Positions 19,606 through 28,685 of a stretch of 64,000 bases of DNA are shown here, in pieces. A model generated the notes under the pieces. The model was not told the DNA's origin. It did not search any database and was given only the letters and a program-made list of their open reading frames with translations. A program made the position numbers and the translations under genes. This stretch comes from a virus (Duplodnaviria; Caudoviricetes), in IMG/VR virus record IMGVR_UViG_3300049734_000263, positions 850-64,849 of that record, one strand, 5' to 3'. Every line of letters begins with the position of its first letter. Within the stretch, counting starts at the first letter, position 1.

Positions 19606-20063
19606 AAACACCCAAAATCGTAATCGCAGATCTCGACGGCACGATCGCGCTTATCGATCACCGTCGCCACTGGCTCGACAAAGACCATCATCCCGACCTG
19701 ACGTCAGATGAGCGCTGGCGCCGATTCTTCGCCGCGTGTCCCGATGATCTGCCGAATTGGTCGGTGATCTATACGATTCGCGCGCTCTACGCCTGTGGCC
19801 ACGATGTGCATATTTTCTCGGGTCGGTCAGATGAAGTTCAGCGAGAGACGCGGATTTGGCTTCAAACGCATAACGTCTTCTTCGGTTCGATTCGGATGCG
19901 CGCCGCCGGCGACCTCACGCCCGACGAAGTTCTCAAGCGCCAATGGATCAGCGAATACGACCTGAGCGAGATCCTGTGTGTCTTCGACGATCGGTCGAAA
20001 GTGGTCGCAATGTGGCGTGAGCTGGGGCTGAGCTGCTTCCAGGTCGCGCCGGGAGATTTTTAG
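19602..20063 (+). CDS. HAD-family phosphatase (T4 polynucleotide kinase 3'-phosphatase-like)
   Basis: DLDGT, FSGR, MR..GD..PD..LK, VFDDR..VV.MWR..G. Confidence 0.88.
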   Translation: MKTPKIVIADLDGTIALIDHRRHWLDKDHHPDLTSDERWRRFFAACPDDLPNWSVIYTIRALYACGHDVHIFSGRSDEVQRETRIWLQTHNVFFGSIRMRAAGDLTPDEVLKRQWISEYDLSEILCVFDDRSKVVAMWRELGLSCFQVAPGDF

Positions 20064-20064
20064 A

Positions 20065-20388
20065 ATGGCTGCAAAATCACGCGGTAACAGCAGCGCGATC
20101 ATCGTCGCGCGCCTCCTGGCCACCGAGGGCTTCACGGACCACACGGCTAACCAGGTCGAGAGATATTGGAAACGGCGCTCAGGCCTGAGTCCGCGCCAAC
20201 ATCGGCAACTCAAGCAGTTAGAAACCGAGTTGTCCGAGATCATGAAAGGCCTGAGCGCCGCCGAGCGCCTTGTCGTCGGCCGGTTCATTGGGCTGCGGAT
20301 GAAGATGGCCTTCGACACGGGGCTGAAGATTGGATTGCAGGCCTTCGCGCAGCAGACGGACAAGCCGGTAGAGAAGGGAGTCGAATGA
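20065..20388 (+). CDS. hypothetical protein
   Basis: ORF in tight operon. Confidence 0.55.
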   Translation: MAAKSRGNSSAIIVARLLATEGFTDHTANQVERYWKRRSGLSPRQHRQLKQLETELSEIMKGLSAAERLVVGRFIGLRMKMAFDTGLKIGLQAFAQQTDKPVEKGVE

Positions 20389-20690
20389 GCGATTCAAAAA
20401 CCCAGCCAAAAGAGATCCTTTGGCAGCTGCACATTGAGACGAAACTGGGCGGGAACGATTGGAGCATTTCGCTTGTCGCGAGCGAGCAATCAATCCTGAC
20501 CGCGCTCCGCTCGATGTACAGCGCCTTTGAGGGGATGCTCTTGCAAACGCTCAAAGCGCCCGCCGGCGAACGGCCCGCTGGTCTGCTCGATGACGCGTTG
20601 CTTTTAAATCGCTGTCTGGTCTTCAACAAGCTCCAGGAGATTCACGGAAAGCAGATCATCCTTGTGCCTTTGAGCGGAGGGCGCAAGTGA
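20385..20690 (+). CDS. hypothetical protein
   Basis: ATG overlapping upstream stop; GGGAG RBS. Confidence 0.5.
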   Translation: MSDSKTQPKEILWQLHIETKLGGNDWSISLVASEQSILTALRSMYSAFEGMLLQTLKAPAGERPAGLLDDALLLNRCLVFNKLQEIHGKQIILVPLSGGRK

Positions 20691-20723
20691 TCCGCTGCCT
20701 CAGCATTGAACAGGGAGGAACCA

Positions 20724-21392
20724 ATGGAAAAAGAGATGATCGTGTACGACTTCAGCGAAATCACGGACGTCCTCAACGCCCCGGAAATCAGAATGGCCAA
20801 GGTTGAGACGAGAGAAGAAGCCTCGGCCGACGCCAAGCCGACGCTTGCTGAGCTTGTGGCGACTCTGCAGGAGCAGCACAAGGACATCCCCATCAAAATA
20901 CTCCCAAACGGCGAGGTTGTGATTGACGCCGAATGGGCGAATACCGAAATCGACCAACTCGAAGCAGCGGTTTCCAGGTTGAAGGAAGAGCGCGACGATC
21001 TGACCCGCATCTTCGAGCTTCAGCGCAAGCGCGAGCGGCCGTGGATCGAGCGATGGCGCAAGGAGACAGGGAAGCACGACTCCGTTCCAGGCTACGGCGC
21101 GACGCTGCAATGGATCTGCGATAAGGCGGACGCGGCCGAGGCGGCGCTCGTGCGGGCCGAGAGGATCGCCAAAGAAGCCAGTTTGATCATCGGCGACGAT
21201 CGCCACGACGATGAAGGCTGCCGCTTCGTCGGCGCGGGCGGTGAGGATGGCGGCCAGGATGGAGTGACATGCTTCGCCTGCTTGGCCCAGGACGAACTGG
21301 CAAAGATCCGCGTCGAGAAGCTCACGACGTCCGCCGGCAAGGATGAGAGAAGGGAAGTCGCGGGAGGACCTGATGGCGTACTCAATGCGTAA
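20724..21392 (+). CDS. hypothetical coiled-coil protein
   Basis: GGAGGA RBS. Confidence 0.55.
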   Translation: MEKEMIVYDFSEITDVLNAPEIRMAKVETREEASADAKPTLAELVATLQEQHKDIPIKILPNGEVVIDAEWANTEIDQLEAAVSRLKEERDDLTRIFELQRKRERPWIERWRKETGKHDSVPGYGATLQWICDKADAAEAALVRAERIAKEASLIIGDDRHDDEGCRFVGAGGEDGGQDGVTCFACLAQDELAKIRVEKLTTSAGKDERREVAGGPDGVLNA

Positions 21393-21657
21393 AAAGCGAC
21401 TGATTGCACTCGGCATTTGCGTGAAGTGCGGCCTGCGGTCGGCTGGTCGCTATCTCCACTGCCTGCGCTGCCGTCGCATACGAGCTAAGTTGGCGCCGAA
21501 GGTCAAGGTGAAGCGGAAGCCGGGGCCTAAACCTATGCCCATACCACAGGGAACGCCGAAGACTAAGGCTGAGTACGAGCGAGTCCGAAGGGCAAGGAAT
21601 GCGGCGGAACGGGCGGCGGGGAGAGGGTATTGGCCGGATATTCATGGGGAAGTATGA
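21373..21657 (+). CDS. small basic zinc-finger protein
   Basis: CVKC...CLRC. Confidence 0.5.
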   Translation: MAYSMRKKRLIALGICVKCGLRSAGRYLHCLRCRRIRAKLAPKVKVKRKPGPKPMPIPQGTPKTKAEYERVRRARNAAERAAGRGYWPDIHGEV

Positions 21658-21688
21658 GGGCGGCGACGCGACCGATTTCGAGCAAATT

Positions 21689-22648
21689 ATGAATGCCCTA
21701 GTCATCAACTGTTCAAAACCTCATTACAACCTCGGCGCCCATAAGCTAGCCGATTGGCTTAGGTCGCAGGGGTGCGCGGTTGAGATCAACGGTGGTGATC
21801 CGGGGCTTTTCACGCTCGGGTACGATCAGGTCTACCTCTCGGTGATCTTCAGTTGGCACGCGCCAATTGCGCGCGCGATCGCGCTGAGGGTCAAAGGTGA
21901 TTCCGACGTCTGGTGCGGTGGCCCGGGAATGGCGGCATTGGGCAACTGGTGGAAGAGAGAGACAGGACTTGATGCGGTGATCGGACTCGATCAGAGATTT
22001 GAGCGCCAGCGCGGCGATTACAAGATGTGTTTTGCCTCGCGCGGTTGCCCGGTCAATTGCTGGTTTTGCGTCGTGCCAAAGATTGAGGGACGGGCGTTTA
22101 CTCTGGATTACGACTTCCAACCGGCGCCGATCCTCTGTGACAACAACCTGAGCGCGCTGCCCGTCGAGTTTCAGATGTACATAATCAATCGGTATCGAGA
22201 AAGCGGCATCAAACTCTGTGACGCGAACAGCGGATTCGAGCCGCGCAGTTTCGACGAGGATTGCTTCGAGCGATGGCGCTCAATCGTTCCCGTCTGGCGA
22301 TTCGCCTTTGACGAGATGTCGGAAGCCGACGAAGTCAACCGGATGATGAAAATTCTCGGCGACGTGCGATCGCGCCGCAAGCAGGTTTATGTCCTGGCTG
22401 GCAACGAACCTATTGAGGCTTGCTACGAGCGTGCGTTGAAGGTCATTGAGTGGGGCGGTGAGCCTTACTGTCAGCCGGTGACCGCGCTCAACGCGCTGAC
22501 CAAGACGCCAATGGTCCGCCACGATTGGACGCTCGACAAGCTACGCGACTTTTGCCGTTACTTCAACCGCCGCCTATGGCGGTCAATTAAGTTGAGCGAA
22601 TACCAGAGCAGGCAATACGAACCTGCGCCATTCAAGGAGATGAGATGA
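21689..22648 (+). CDS. radical SAM protein
   Basis: SRGCPVNCWFC (CxxxCxxC), VPKIEG, DNN; N-terminal domain with GGPG; start could be 21644. Confidence 0.85.
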   Translation: MNALVINCSKPHYNLGAHKLADWLRSQGCAVEINGGDPGLFTLGYDQVYLSVIFSWHAPIARAIALRVKGDSDVWCGGPGMAALGNWWKRETGLDAVIGLDQRFERQRGDYKMCFASRGCPVNCWFCVVPKIEGRAFTLDYDFQPAPILCDNNLSALPVEFQMYIINRYRESGIKLCDANSGFEPRSFDEDCFERWRSIVPVWRFAFDEMSEADEVNRMMKILGDVRSRRKQVYVLAGNEPIEACYERALKVIEWGGEPYCQPVTALNALTKTPMVRHDWTLDKLRDFCRYFNRRLWRSIKLSEYQSRQYEPAPFKEMR

Positions 22649-22956
22649 TTGTTTTATTTCTAAAACTTGCGGTCGGCCACTTCCTGGCCGACTATCCTCT
22701 TCAGGGTGATTTCCTGGCCGCGGCGAAGAATCACCGCAAGCCGATCCCCGGCGTTCCCTGGTATCAGCCGCTCGCGGCGCACTCGGCGATTCAGGCGGGC
22801 ATGGTTTGGCTAGTGACGGGTAAACTGTGGCTCGCTGGCGTCGAGTTCGTCTTACACGCCGGGATTGACTGGGCGAAGTGCAACGGCAGCATTTCGTTTA
22901 ATCAGGATCAGGGTTGCCATTTGCTCTGCAAATTGGCCTACGTTTACGTGGGATAG
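22645..22956 (+). CDS. DUF3307 family membrane protein
   Basis: GHFLADYPLQ, H..IDWAK, DQ..H. Confidence 0.8.
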   Translation: MIVLFLKLAVGHFLADYPLQGDFLAAAKNHRKPIPGVPWYQPLAAHSAIQAGMVWLVTGKLWLAGVEFVLHAGIDWAKCNGSISFNQDQGCHLLCKLAYVYVG

Positions 22957-23206
22957 CCGCGCGCGACAGGAGAGAAAGGAAATGTCCACCACAGATACAA
23001 CGAAGCGGACGACCCACCAACCCACAGGCCAGCCGGGCATTGGGAATGGATTCCATCGGCTCAAGAAATCTTCCTTCAAAAAACGATGTCGCCCATCGCT
23101 AATCTGTTCACTCAAAAACCAGAGCGATACAGCTCATCAAAGGGCGTTCGCATTCCGCGAGCCTTCTTGAAACCCGTGGACGATTCCGAATAGCCGCCGC
23201 TTATAC

Positions 23207-24225
23207 TTATTGAATCTTTAGCCTTGTCGCCGTGGCCTTCTCGCCGCTCACGTGAGCATAAAGGGAAGTGGTAGAAATATTCGCGTGTCCTGCCCGATCT
23301 CGCAATTCGGCGACCGTCGGGCCGTCCTTCAACAATTGCGCCGCTTCAATGATCGCCCGAAACCGCTCTTGTAGTTGGATGGCCATATCTGGCACCGTCG
23401 GCGCGCCAGGTGATAACTGTAGAGGTTTGCGCCATTTCGGGGACGGCCAGAAGTAGGCGTCGCGTGCCACGTCGTATGCCCGGATAGGCAGGTCGTTCCA
23501 GTAGGCGAGCGATTTAACGTAAGCAATGTCGAAATCGTCAAGGCGGAAAAACTCGCCTGATATTCGTCGGTCACAAAATTTGTGATGGAGATGACATTCC
23601 ACGCCTGAACAGCAAGGTGTTTCGAGAGCAAAGAAGGGAAGTGCGGGCATCTTTAGTTGGTTGGTGATCGCAGTCGCTCTTTGCTCTAGACTGGTGCGGG
23701 TTTTTCCAATCTTGACCAGATCACCACATTGCATCAAGTACACCATACCGGGCTTGCAGGTGTGCACAAGGCCTCTCCAGCACTCCCCTGCGTTGTAGGG
23801 TAGAAGGTTGGGAGACTCTTTAGGGCGCTGATCGGACTTCTGCGCGCGTGTAGCTCTGAAGAGAATATTGGTTACGCTTTCATAGTCGTCCACGTGAACA
23901 TATGGCGCGATGCTTGAAATCAGTGCAAGAATGTCGGCTCGCTCGAAAAATATACTGCTCAATTTTTGCCGCCTTTCCGTGATTTTTTCACGAATTTCCC
24001 CTTCTTGTTGGTTTCGCGTGGCAAGGTCGGCCTTCTCCCGCTTTGCGCGCCTCTCAGTCGCGCCTCGCCGTAGAATCCGACTTTGCGGTATTCGTCAATT
24101 GTGAGAGTTCCGCCAACCTCGATTATCAGCGTCCACCCGCCATCGGGGCGCCGCACCAATTCAGCCGAAGTGAGGGCGCGCCTGACTTCTTCAATATCTG
24201 GTGTGATTTGTTCTTTATCTACCAT
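23207..24225 (-). pseudogene. T5orf172/GIY-YIG-like protein with an integrase-like C-terminal tail; probable frameshift near 24060
   Basis: VYLMQ...VKIGKT...E..LH..F...R..GEFF; C-term GHANISTTSLYAH; the frame of 23207-23962 stays open upstream to ~24090 with no start codon. Confidence 0.6.
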
Positions 24226-24483
24226 AGGGAAGAGGTTACCCCGCTCGACTCTCACTGTCAAGACGTGAGTTCACATATATCAGGTGCGTCTGATAATGGT
24301 CGTTATGTAAACCGGCAAAAGGGAATTTGCTGGTTACAAAAGGCTTTATAGTCAACTGAAGGCATTCATTGATTTTGCTATCAGCGCGTGGTACGTTACG
24401 CCACGTCGAAAGTAGATTATTCGTATGGGTGCCTGGGCCGGATCGAAAGCGGTTCGGCCCTGCTTTTTACTGCGATCACCGCT

Positions 24484-24843
24484 ATGACCCCAACCGAACA
24501 CGCAATCACGAAGACCTTCAAACTCGACGACCCCGAGGCGTCCGGCGCCCACTTTCAACACCTGGTTGATCTGTTGGCCGAGACCCTCGAACTCAACGCA
24601 CCTTCAAAGGCCAACCTCGCGAAACTTCTCGAATTCTTCGCCAAGGACGCCGAGGCCTGGACCGACGGCCGTCACGCCGCCTACGCGCTCGCCACGGCTT
24701 ACCACGAGACCGGCTTGCCGAAGGACGGCCAGCTCGTCCGCTTCGCCCCGGTGACCGAGTACGGCACGAAGCCCTACTTCAACAAGTACGAGCCAGTTCA
24801 ATCCGTCCGACGTGTGCGGCAACGTGTAAAACTCAGATCGTGA
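24484..24843 (+). pseudogene. GH19-family endolysin, N-terminal fragment only
   Basis: AAYALATAYHETG...F.PVTEYG..YFNKYEP, after which similarity ends; no GRG..QLTG motif. Confidence 0.75.
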
Positions 24844-24903
24844 TTTCTCGATCTGGCAACTTTTACAAAATTTGGTTGATGAGCTAGATTGCGGCTCGGC
24901 CAT
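24793..24903 (-). pseudogene. N-terminal fragment of an endonuclease VII/HNH-type zinc protein
   Basis: KFCKSCQIEKSRSEFY....DGLNW, then runs into lysin antisense; has its own RBS and promoter. Confidence 0.6.
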
Positions 24904-24908
24904 TGCGG

Positions 24909-24986
24909 TTCATCCTCCAACGATGAATGGTGATGGTTAGAGCCGTTGAGACGCGCCAACGTCCCAACGGCTCGCACATTATACCA
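24909..24986 (-). promoter_or_regulatory. extended -10 promoter and structured leader
   Basis: TGgTATAAT at 24986-24978; hairpin 24940-24973; short hairpin 24909-24927 enclosing the GGAGG RBS. Confidence 0.6.
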
Positions 24987-25257
24987 CAACTGCAACGGCA
25001 GCTCCCCGCCCTGTCACTTCCTGTCACGGAAAAACTGTTGATCGATCGGCCGGCAGGTCCATGCTCGCTACGCAAAATATGTGGTAGGATGTCGCCACGG
25101 CGGATGGCTGAAACCCAACCGCCGTGACTTCCCATCAACCTCGCGAGCGTGCGCGAAGGCCGACAGGCGGCGATAGAAATACTTGACCATTTCACTATCG
25201 TCAAGCCTGCCACATATTTACCTTCCACCCGCTCGCCTTTTCCACGGAGGAAAGGCG

Positions 25258-26019
25258 ATGTACTGGCGTAAATCGATCATCTACAGTTTCACCGTCCTTT
25301 TGCCTGCCCTGATGGTGGGCATCTCGAATTTCCATGTCTTCCCCGACGCGTCGCTGCTCGCGACACTGATGCTGGTCGTGACCGCGGGCGTCGCCGGCGT
25401 CTTCACCTACTTCTCAAGCGATGCGACCGCGAAGATCCGCCGCTACTGCATCCTGGCCGACGTCGCCATTTGCGCGATCCTCTGCGTCAACCTCGGCGGC
25501 CACTGGATACTCGCGCGCGAGGTCTCGGCGGCCCGCCAAGGCGTCGTCGAGCGCCACGCCGAGGAGGACCGCGATCTTGAGCGCGAGAAGACAAAGACGG
25601 AGCTTGAAATCGCCCGCAAGAAGGCCGACGCCGAGCTTGCCGCCGAGAACGCGAAACTTCAGAACGCCGAGGCTCGACGTCTGGCCCGGTTACCGCGTAG
25701 CGAGCGGCGGAGCGTTATCGCGGTCGCCACGCCCGAACCGACGCAGGCGCATGCGTCGGTCGTCGCGCCTATGGCCCTTGTTTCGCCCGGTGCCGCCGTC
25801 TCGACCCCGGTGGACTTAAAGCTCCGGCTTACGCCGGAAGATGTCCGGCAAAGTTGGTGGTGGTTTCTGACCGCGCTTGCTATAGCCGAGTGCGCCGCCT
25901 CTGTCCTTGCCGGCGTCATCCTTGCCGGCGTCTGGGAGTGGGATCGAAACAAGGACGGCATTCCTGACCATTTGCAGAAAGACCGGAAAGTTGTTTGGCC
26001 CAATGAAGTGGGAAAATAG
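25258..26019 (+). CDS. four-TM membrane protein with central coiled coil
   Basis: GGAGG RBS; 3 N-terminal TMs, coiled coil, 4th TM, DRNKDGIPD motif; ends GGA AAA TAG. Confidence 0.8.
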   Translation: MYWRKSIIYSFTVLLPALMVGISNFHVFPDASLLATLMLVVTAGVAGVFTYFSSDATAKIRRYCILADVAICAILCVNLGGHWILAREVSAARQGVVERHAEEDRDLEREKTKTELEIARKKADAELAAENAKLQNAEARRLARLPRSERRSVIAVATPEPTQAHASVVAPMALVSPGAAVSTPVDLKLRLTPEDVRQSWWWFLTALAIAECAASVLAGVILAGVWEWDRNKDGIPDHLQKDRKVVWPNEVGK

Positions 26020-26052
26020 GCGCGCCGCCCGCGAGCGCCGAGCCGGTGGCGG
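26010..26052 (+). other. putative -1 programmed ribosomal frameshift signal
   Basis: slippery G GGA AAA (26010-26016) directly before the stop; downstream GC-rich stems; -1 frame continuous with ORF 26046-26717. Confidence 0.7.
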
Positions 26053-26717
26053 AAGATTTGGAGGCGCAACTGCAGGAGGTTGACGATGAAACAAAAAGAG
26101 AAACCGAGACCGTTCCCGACCCGGTTCGCGCTCGTGGCGCTGACGCTGGTGATAGCGTTGAGACCGTGACCCCTAAAAGACCTCGAGCCGTTAGTACTAA
26201 AACCGCGCCCTCTGAGGAGCCTAAAAAAGCCGAGGTCTTTAGTACTAAACCTGCGGAGGATTTTAGTACTAAAGAGCGGCCGACTTTTAGGGTGATTCGA
26301 CCGGAGGGTTTTAGTACTAAAAATTCGCCCGAAATCATTTCGCAGCTATCACTTATCAATAGCGACATCCGGACGTGGAAACGCCTGCAAACCGACAAGG
26401 TTCCGGCCCCCGAATTGCACGCTGTAAACCCATCTGGAAAGCGCAAAATCGGGCGCAAACTTAGGACCGGATACGAGATCCTCAGGCGGGCTTTTTGTGT
26501 GGACTGTGGCGGCGAGCGGCGCCTGACGGCGGGCTACCTCAGCGCCACTCAGATAATCGAATTGGAGCGAGAAACTTATGAAACGAAAGTTGGGATCATC
26601 AAGAACATCCTCCGCAAAAAACAACGAGACATTGACAGCAGGCTTCAGCATCTACGATGTGCCGAGTGCGAATCTGGAGGCCAGGCACGAGGCATACACG
26701 CTCTTGAAGCATCCTGA
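26046..26717 (+). CDS. repeat-containing protein with C-terminal zinc-binding domain (probably the frameshift extension of the upstream gene)
   Basis: 8-aa STK repeats; CVDC and CAEC; no evident RBS. Confidence 0.65.
   Translation: MAEDLEAQLQEVDDETKRETETVPDPVRARGADAGDSVETVTPKRPRAVSTKTAPSEEPKKAEVFSTKPAEDFSTKERPTFRVIRPEGFSTKNSPEIISQLSLINSDIRTWKRLQTDKVPAPELHAVNPSGKRKIGRKLRTGYEILRRAFCVDCGGERRLTAGYLSATQIIELERETYETKVGIIKNILRKKQRDIDSRLQHLRCAECESGGQARGIHALEAS
26167..26322. repeat. 24-bp-period array of TTAGTACTAA palindromes
   Basis: exact cores at 26191, 26239, 26263, 26311; half-sites in phase at 26167, 26215, 26287. Confidence 0.85.
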
Positions 26718-26859
26718 CGAGGCGGTTCGCGCCAGCGCGCAGCGGATCATTGATCAGTTGACGCTAGCGATCCGGGCCATGGGATGCGACGATGTCGGCG
26801 TCCTGCAGGTCGTGGATGGCGACGCGGATGTTCAACTCGACGCCAAACCGGCAGCCTAA
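26659..26859 (+). CDS. hypothetical protein
   Basis: ORF overlapping upstream gene end; start uncertain. Confidence 0.4.
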   Translation: MPSANLEARHEAYTLLKHPDEAVRASAQRIIDQLTLAIRAMGCDDVGVLQVVDGDADVQLDAKPAA

Positions 26860-26927
26860 GCTCTTCCCTTCCCTAATGTAACGACCGCTGAGGGAGCAAT
26901 CTTGGTTGCCCCCTCGTGTAGCTTTGG

Positions 26928-26945
26928 CTTATAGTAAAATATAAG
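26928..26945. promoter_or_regulatory. consensus operator CTTATA-N6-TATAAG
   Basis: CTTATAGTAAAATATAAG, intergenic. Confidence 0.65.
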
Positions 26946-26982
26946 ATATTCACACTTTTCTGAAAGGGGCAAATAGGAATTT

Positions 26983-27769
26983 ATGCACGACCCGATGAGC
27001 CAGGCGTTTGAAATCTACGGTCCTCGCGGATTGATTTCCAAGTGGCGGCGCAATCGCGCGATGGATCGCAAGGACGGCAGCTATGGCAAGATCAAATGGG
27101 TTGACCCGCTCGTTGTCATTTGGCACGTAGACCCGGAGACCGACGGCACGGATGATTCCTGCGGCTTCACGCGGCCGAAACTCAGCGCGCGCGACAAGCT
27201 GATAATCGAAGACGCCATCAAGTGGGATCTGCAATTCCCCTATTTCACCTCGCCCACGGTGTCGGTCGGCTCCGTGATCGTGAACCCGAAGTACAAATTC
27301 TGGCAGTTGCCCCCAGGGGAAACGCTGGCGCTTGTCGCAGCTGCGTGGCAGCACATCGCATGGCATCGGGATGAGCGTCGCGGTACCCGAAATCTGACCG
27401 CGGCCGAGATCTCCGAGATCATCTCGCTCGCTACCTGTCCGACCGACAACCTGCGCTCGATTCTGGCCGACAACGAAATGAAGGCCGAGGGGCGAATGCG
27501 GCAATTCTTCCGCTGCGTGATGAGGGCTTATCTCTGGCATCACAGGCGCTGGTATCAGCATCCGCCACTGGGACATCCAGATCCCATTCCTACAAAAGCT
27601 GAAACGCAAACTCTTCTCGCGCTGCGCTGAATGCGGCAAGGGATTTCCCTGGGGTTACGCGCCAGTTTCAGGTAATTGGAATGGTGAGGGGCCGCAGTGG
27701 TTTCGGAGCGAGCGGAGAGTGATGCATCACGAATGCTGGCCGCATTCGCCGGCCAAAGGCCAGCTTTGA
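26983..27769 (+). pseudogene. hypothetical phage protein, frameshifted near 27565
   Basis: after WYQHP a protein-like sequence continues in another frame (HWDIQIPFLQKLKRKLFSRCAECGKGF...HHEC) to TGA at 27769. Confidence 0.65.
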
Positions 27770-27821
27770 TTGACGGCGATGCTTACGAAATCGATCAGGT
27801 TACAGCGGGAGGGAGTGAAGA

Positions 27822-28217
27822 ATGAAGACATTATGGCTGTTATTGCTTCGCTGGCTTCAAAGGCAATGTTCTCACCCTGGCTACGCGGTGAAGGCCGACA
27901 TTCTCGAAGGTGACTTTAAGGATGCTGGCGTTCAGTGGTGCGCTATCTGCGGGGCGTTTCGGCGCACTTGGTCGGATTTCAAATACGAGTGGCGCGAGCC
28001 TCGCCCTGATTGGCATACGCCCGGAGAGCGAAAACAAGCCATGACAGATTTCCGGGACGCACTGAAGAGAGAAGAGCGAATTAGTAGAGACGAGCGGATT
28101 GACAAGGTAGCCAACCGGTTCGCCTGGGCCGTCGCTTGGGGCGTCTTCGGGCCGCGCATCGTCGCCCTCGCTCTGATGGCCATAGGTTTCCTTGCCCTCG
28201 CAATTCTGGGTGATTGA
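27822..28217 (+). CDS. hypothetical protein with C-terminal TM
   Basis: GGAG RBS; CAIC; hydrophobic C-terminus. Confidence 0.55.
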   Translation: MKTLWLLLLRWLQRQCSHPGYAVKADILEGDFKDAGVQWCAICGAFRRTWSDFKYEWREPRPDWHTPGERKQAMTDFRDALKREERISRDERIDKVANRFAWAVAWGVFGPRIVALALMAIGFLALAILGD

Positions 28218-28681
28218 TGAGCGCTCAACTCATATTCCCAACAATAACCACCGGCCATTGGTGGGAAGTCAAAGACGGCGATGATCGCGCGCGGCAGATC
28301 TTCGACCGCCATTACTCGCGCCGGCGCTACAAGGACGGGCGCAACCCTCTGCTCTTCGTCGGCCCGGGCGAGAAGATGGTTTTGCTCACGCCGGCATGTG
28401 ACGCGGTCTTCATCTGGCGCAAGTTCATCAGCAATGACGGGCAGGCGGGAGTCAACTGCGCCGTGTTCCGCAATGAATCTCTGACCCTGTCGAGCGAGCT
28501 CATCGCAGAGGCCGCGGCGCTCGCCTGGCGACGCTGGCCAGGCGAGCGCCTGTACACATACGTGGACCCTCGCCGGATCAAGTCGTCGAATCCTGGCGCC
28601 TGTTTCAAGGCTGCGGGCTGGCGATGGTGCGGAGTGACGAAGGCGAAGAAGCTGGTCATCTTGGAAAAACATCCGGAGTAG
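28217..28681 (+). CDS. Mom-like (GNAT-fold) DNA modification protein
   Basis: DRHYS, LYTYVD.....SNPG.CFKAAGW..CG.T resembles the Mom/XF1762 C-terminal motif. Confidence 0.65.
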   Translation: MSAQLIFPTITTGHWWEVKDGDDRARQIFDRHYSRRRYKDGRNPLLFVGPGEKMVLLTPACDAVFIWRKFISNDGQAGVNCAVFRNESLTLSSELIAEAAALAWRRWPGERLYTYVDPRRIKSSNPGACFKAAGWRWCGVTKAKKLVILEKHPE

Positions 28682-28685
28682 AAAA

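Noticed and set aside
26167-26322. CRISPR mini-array
   Set aside because: Repeats are only 10-14 bp, spacers are 14 bp, the array lies in a coding frame and there is no cas operon. The solo Cas4-like gene is 18 kb away.
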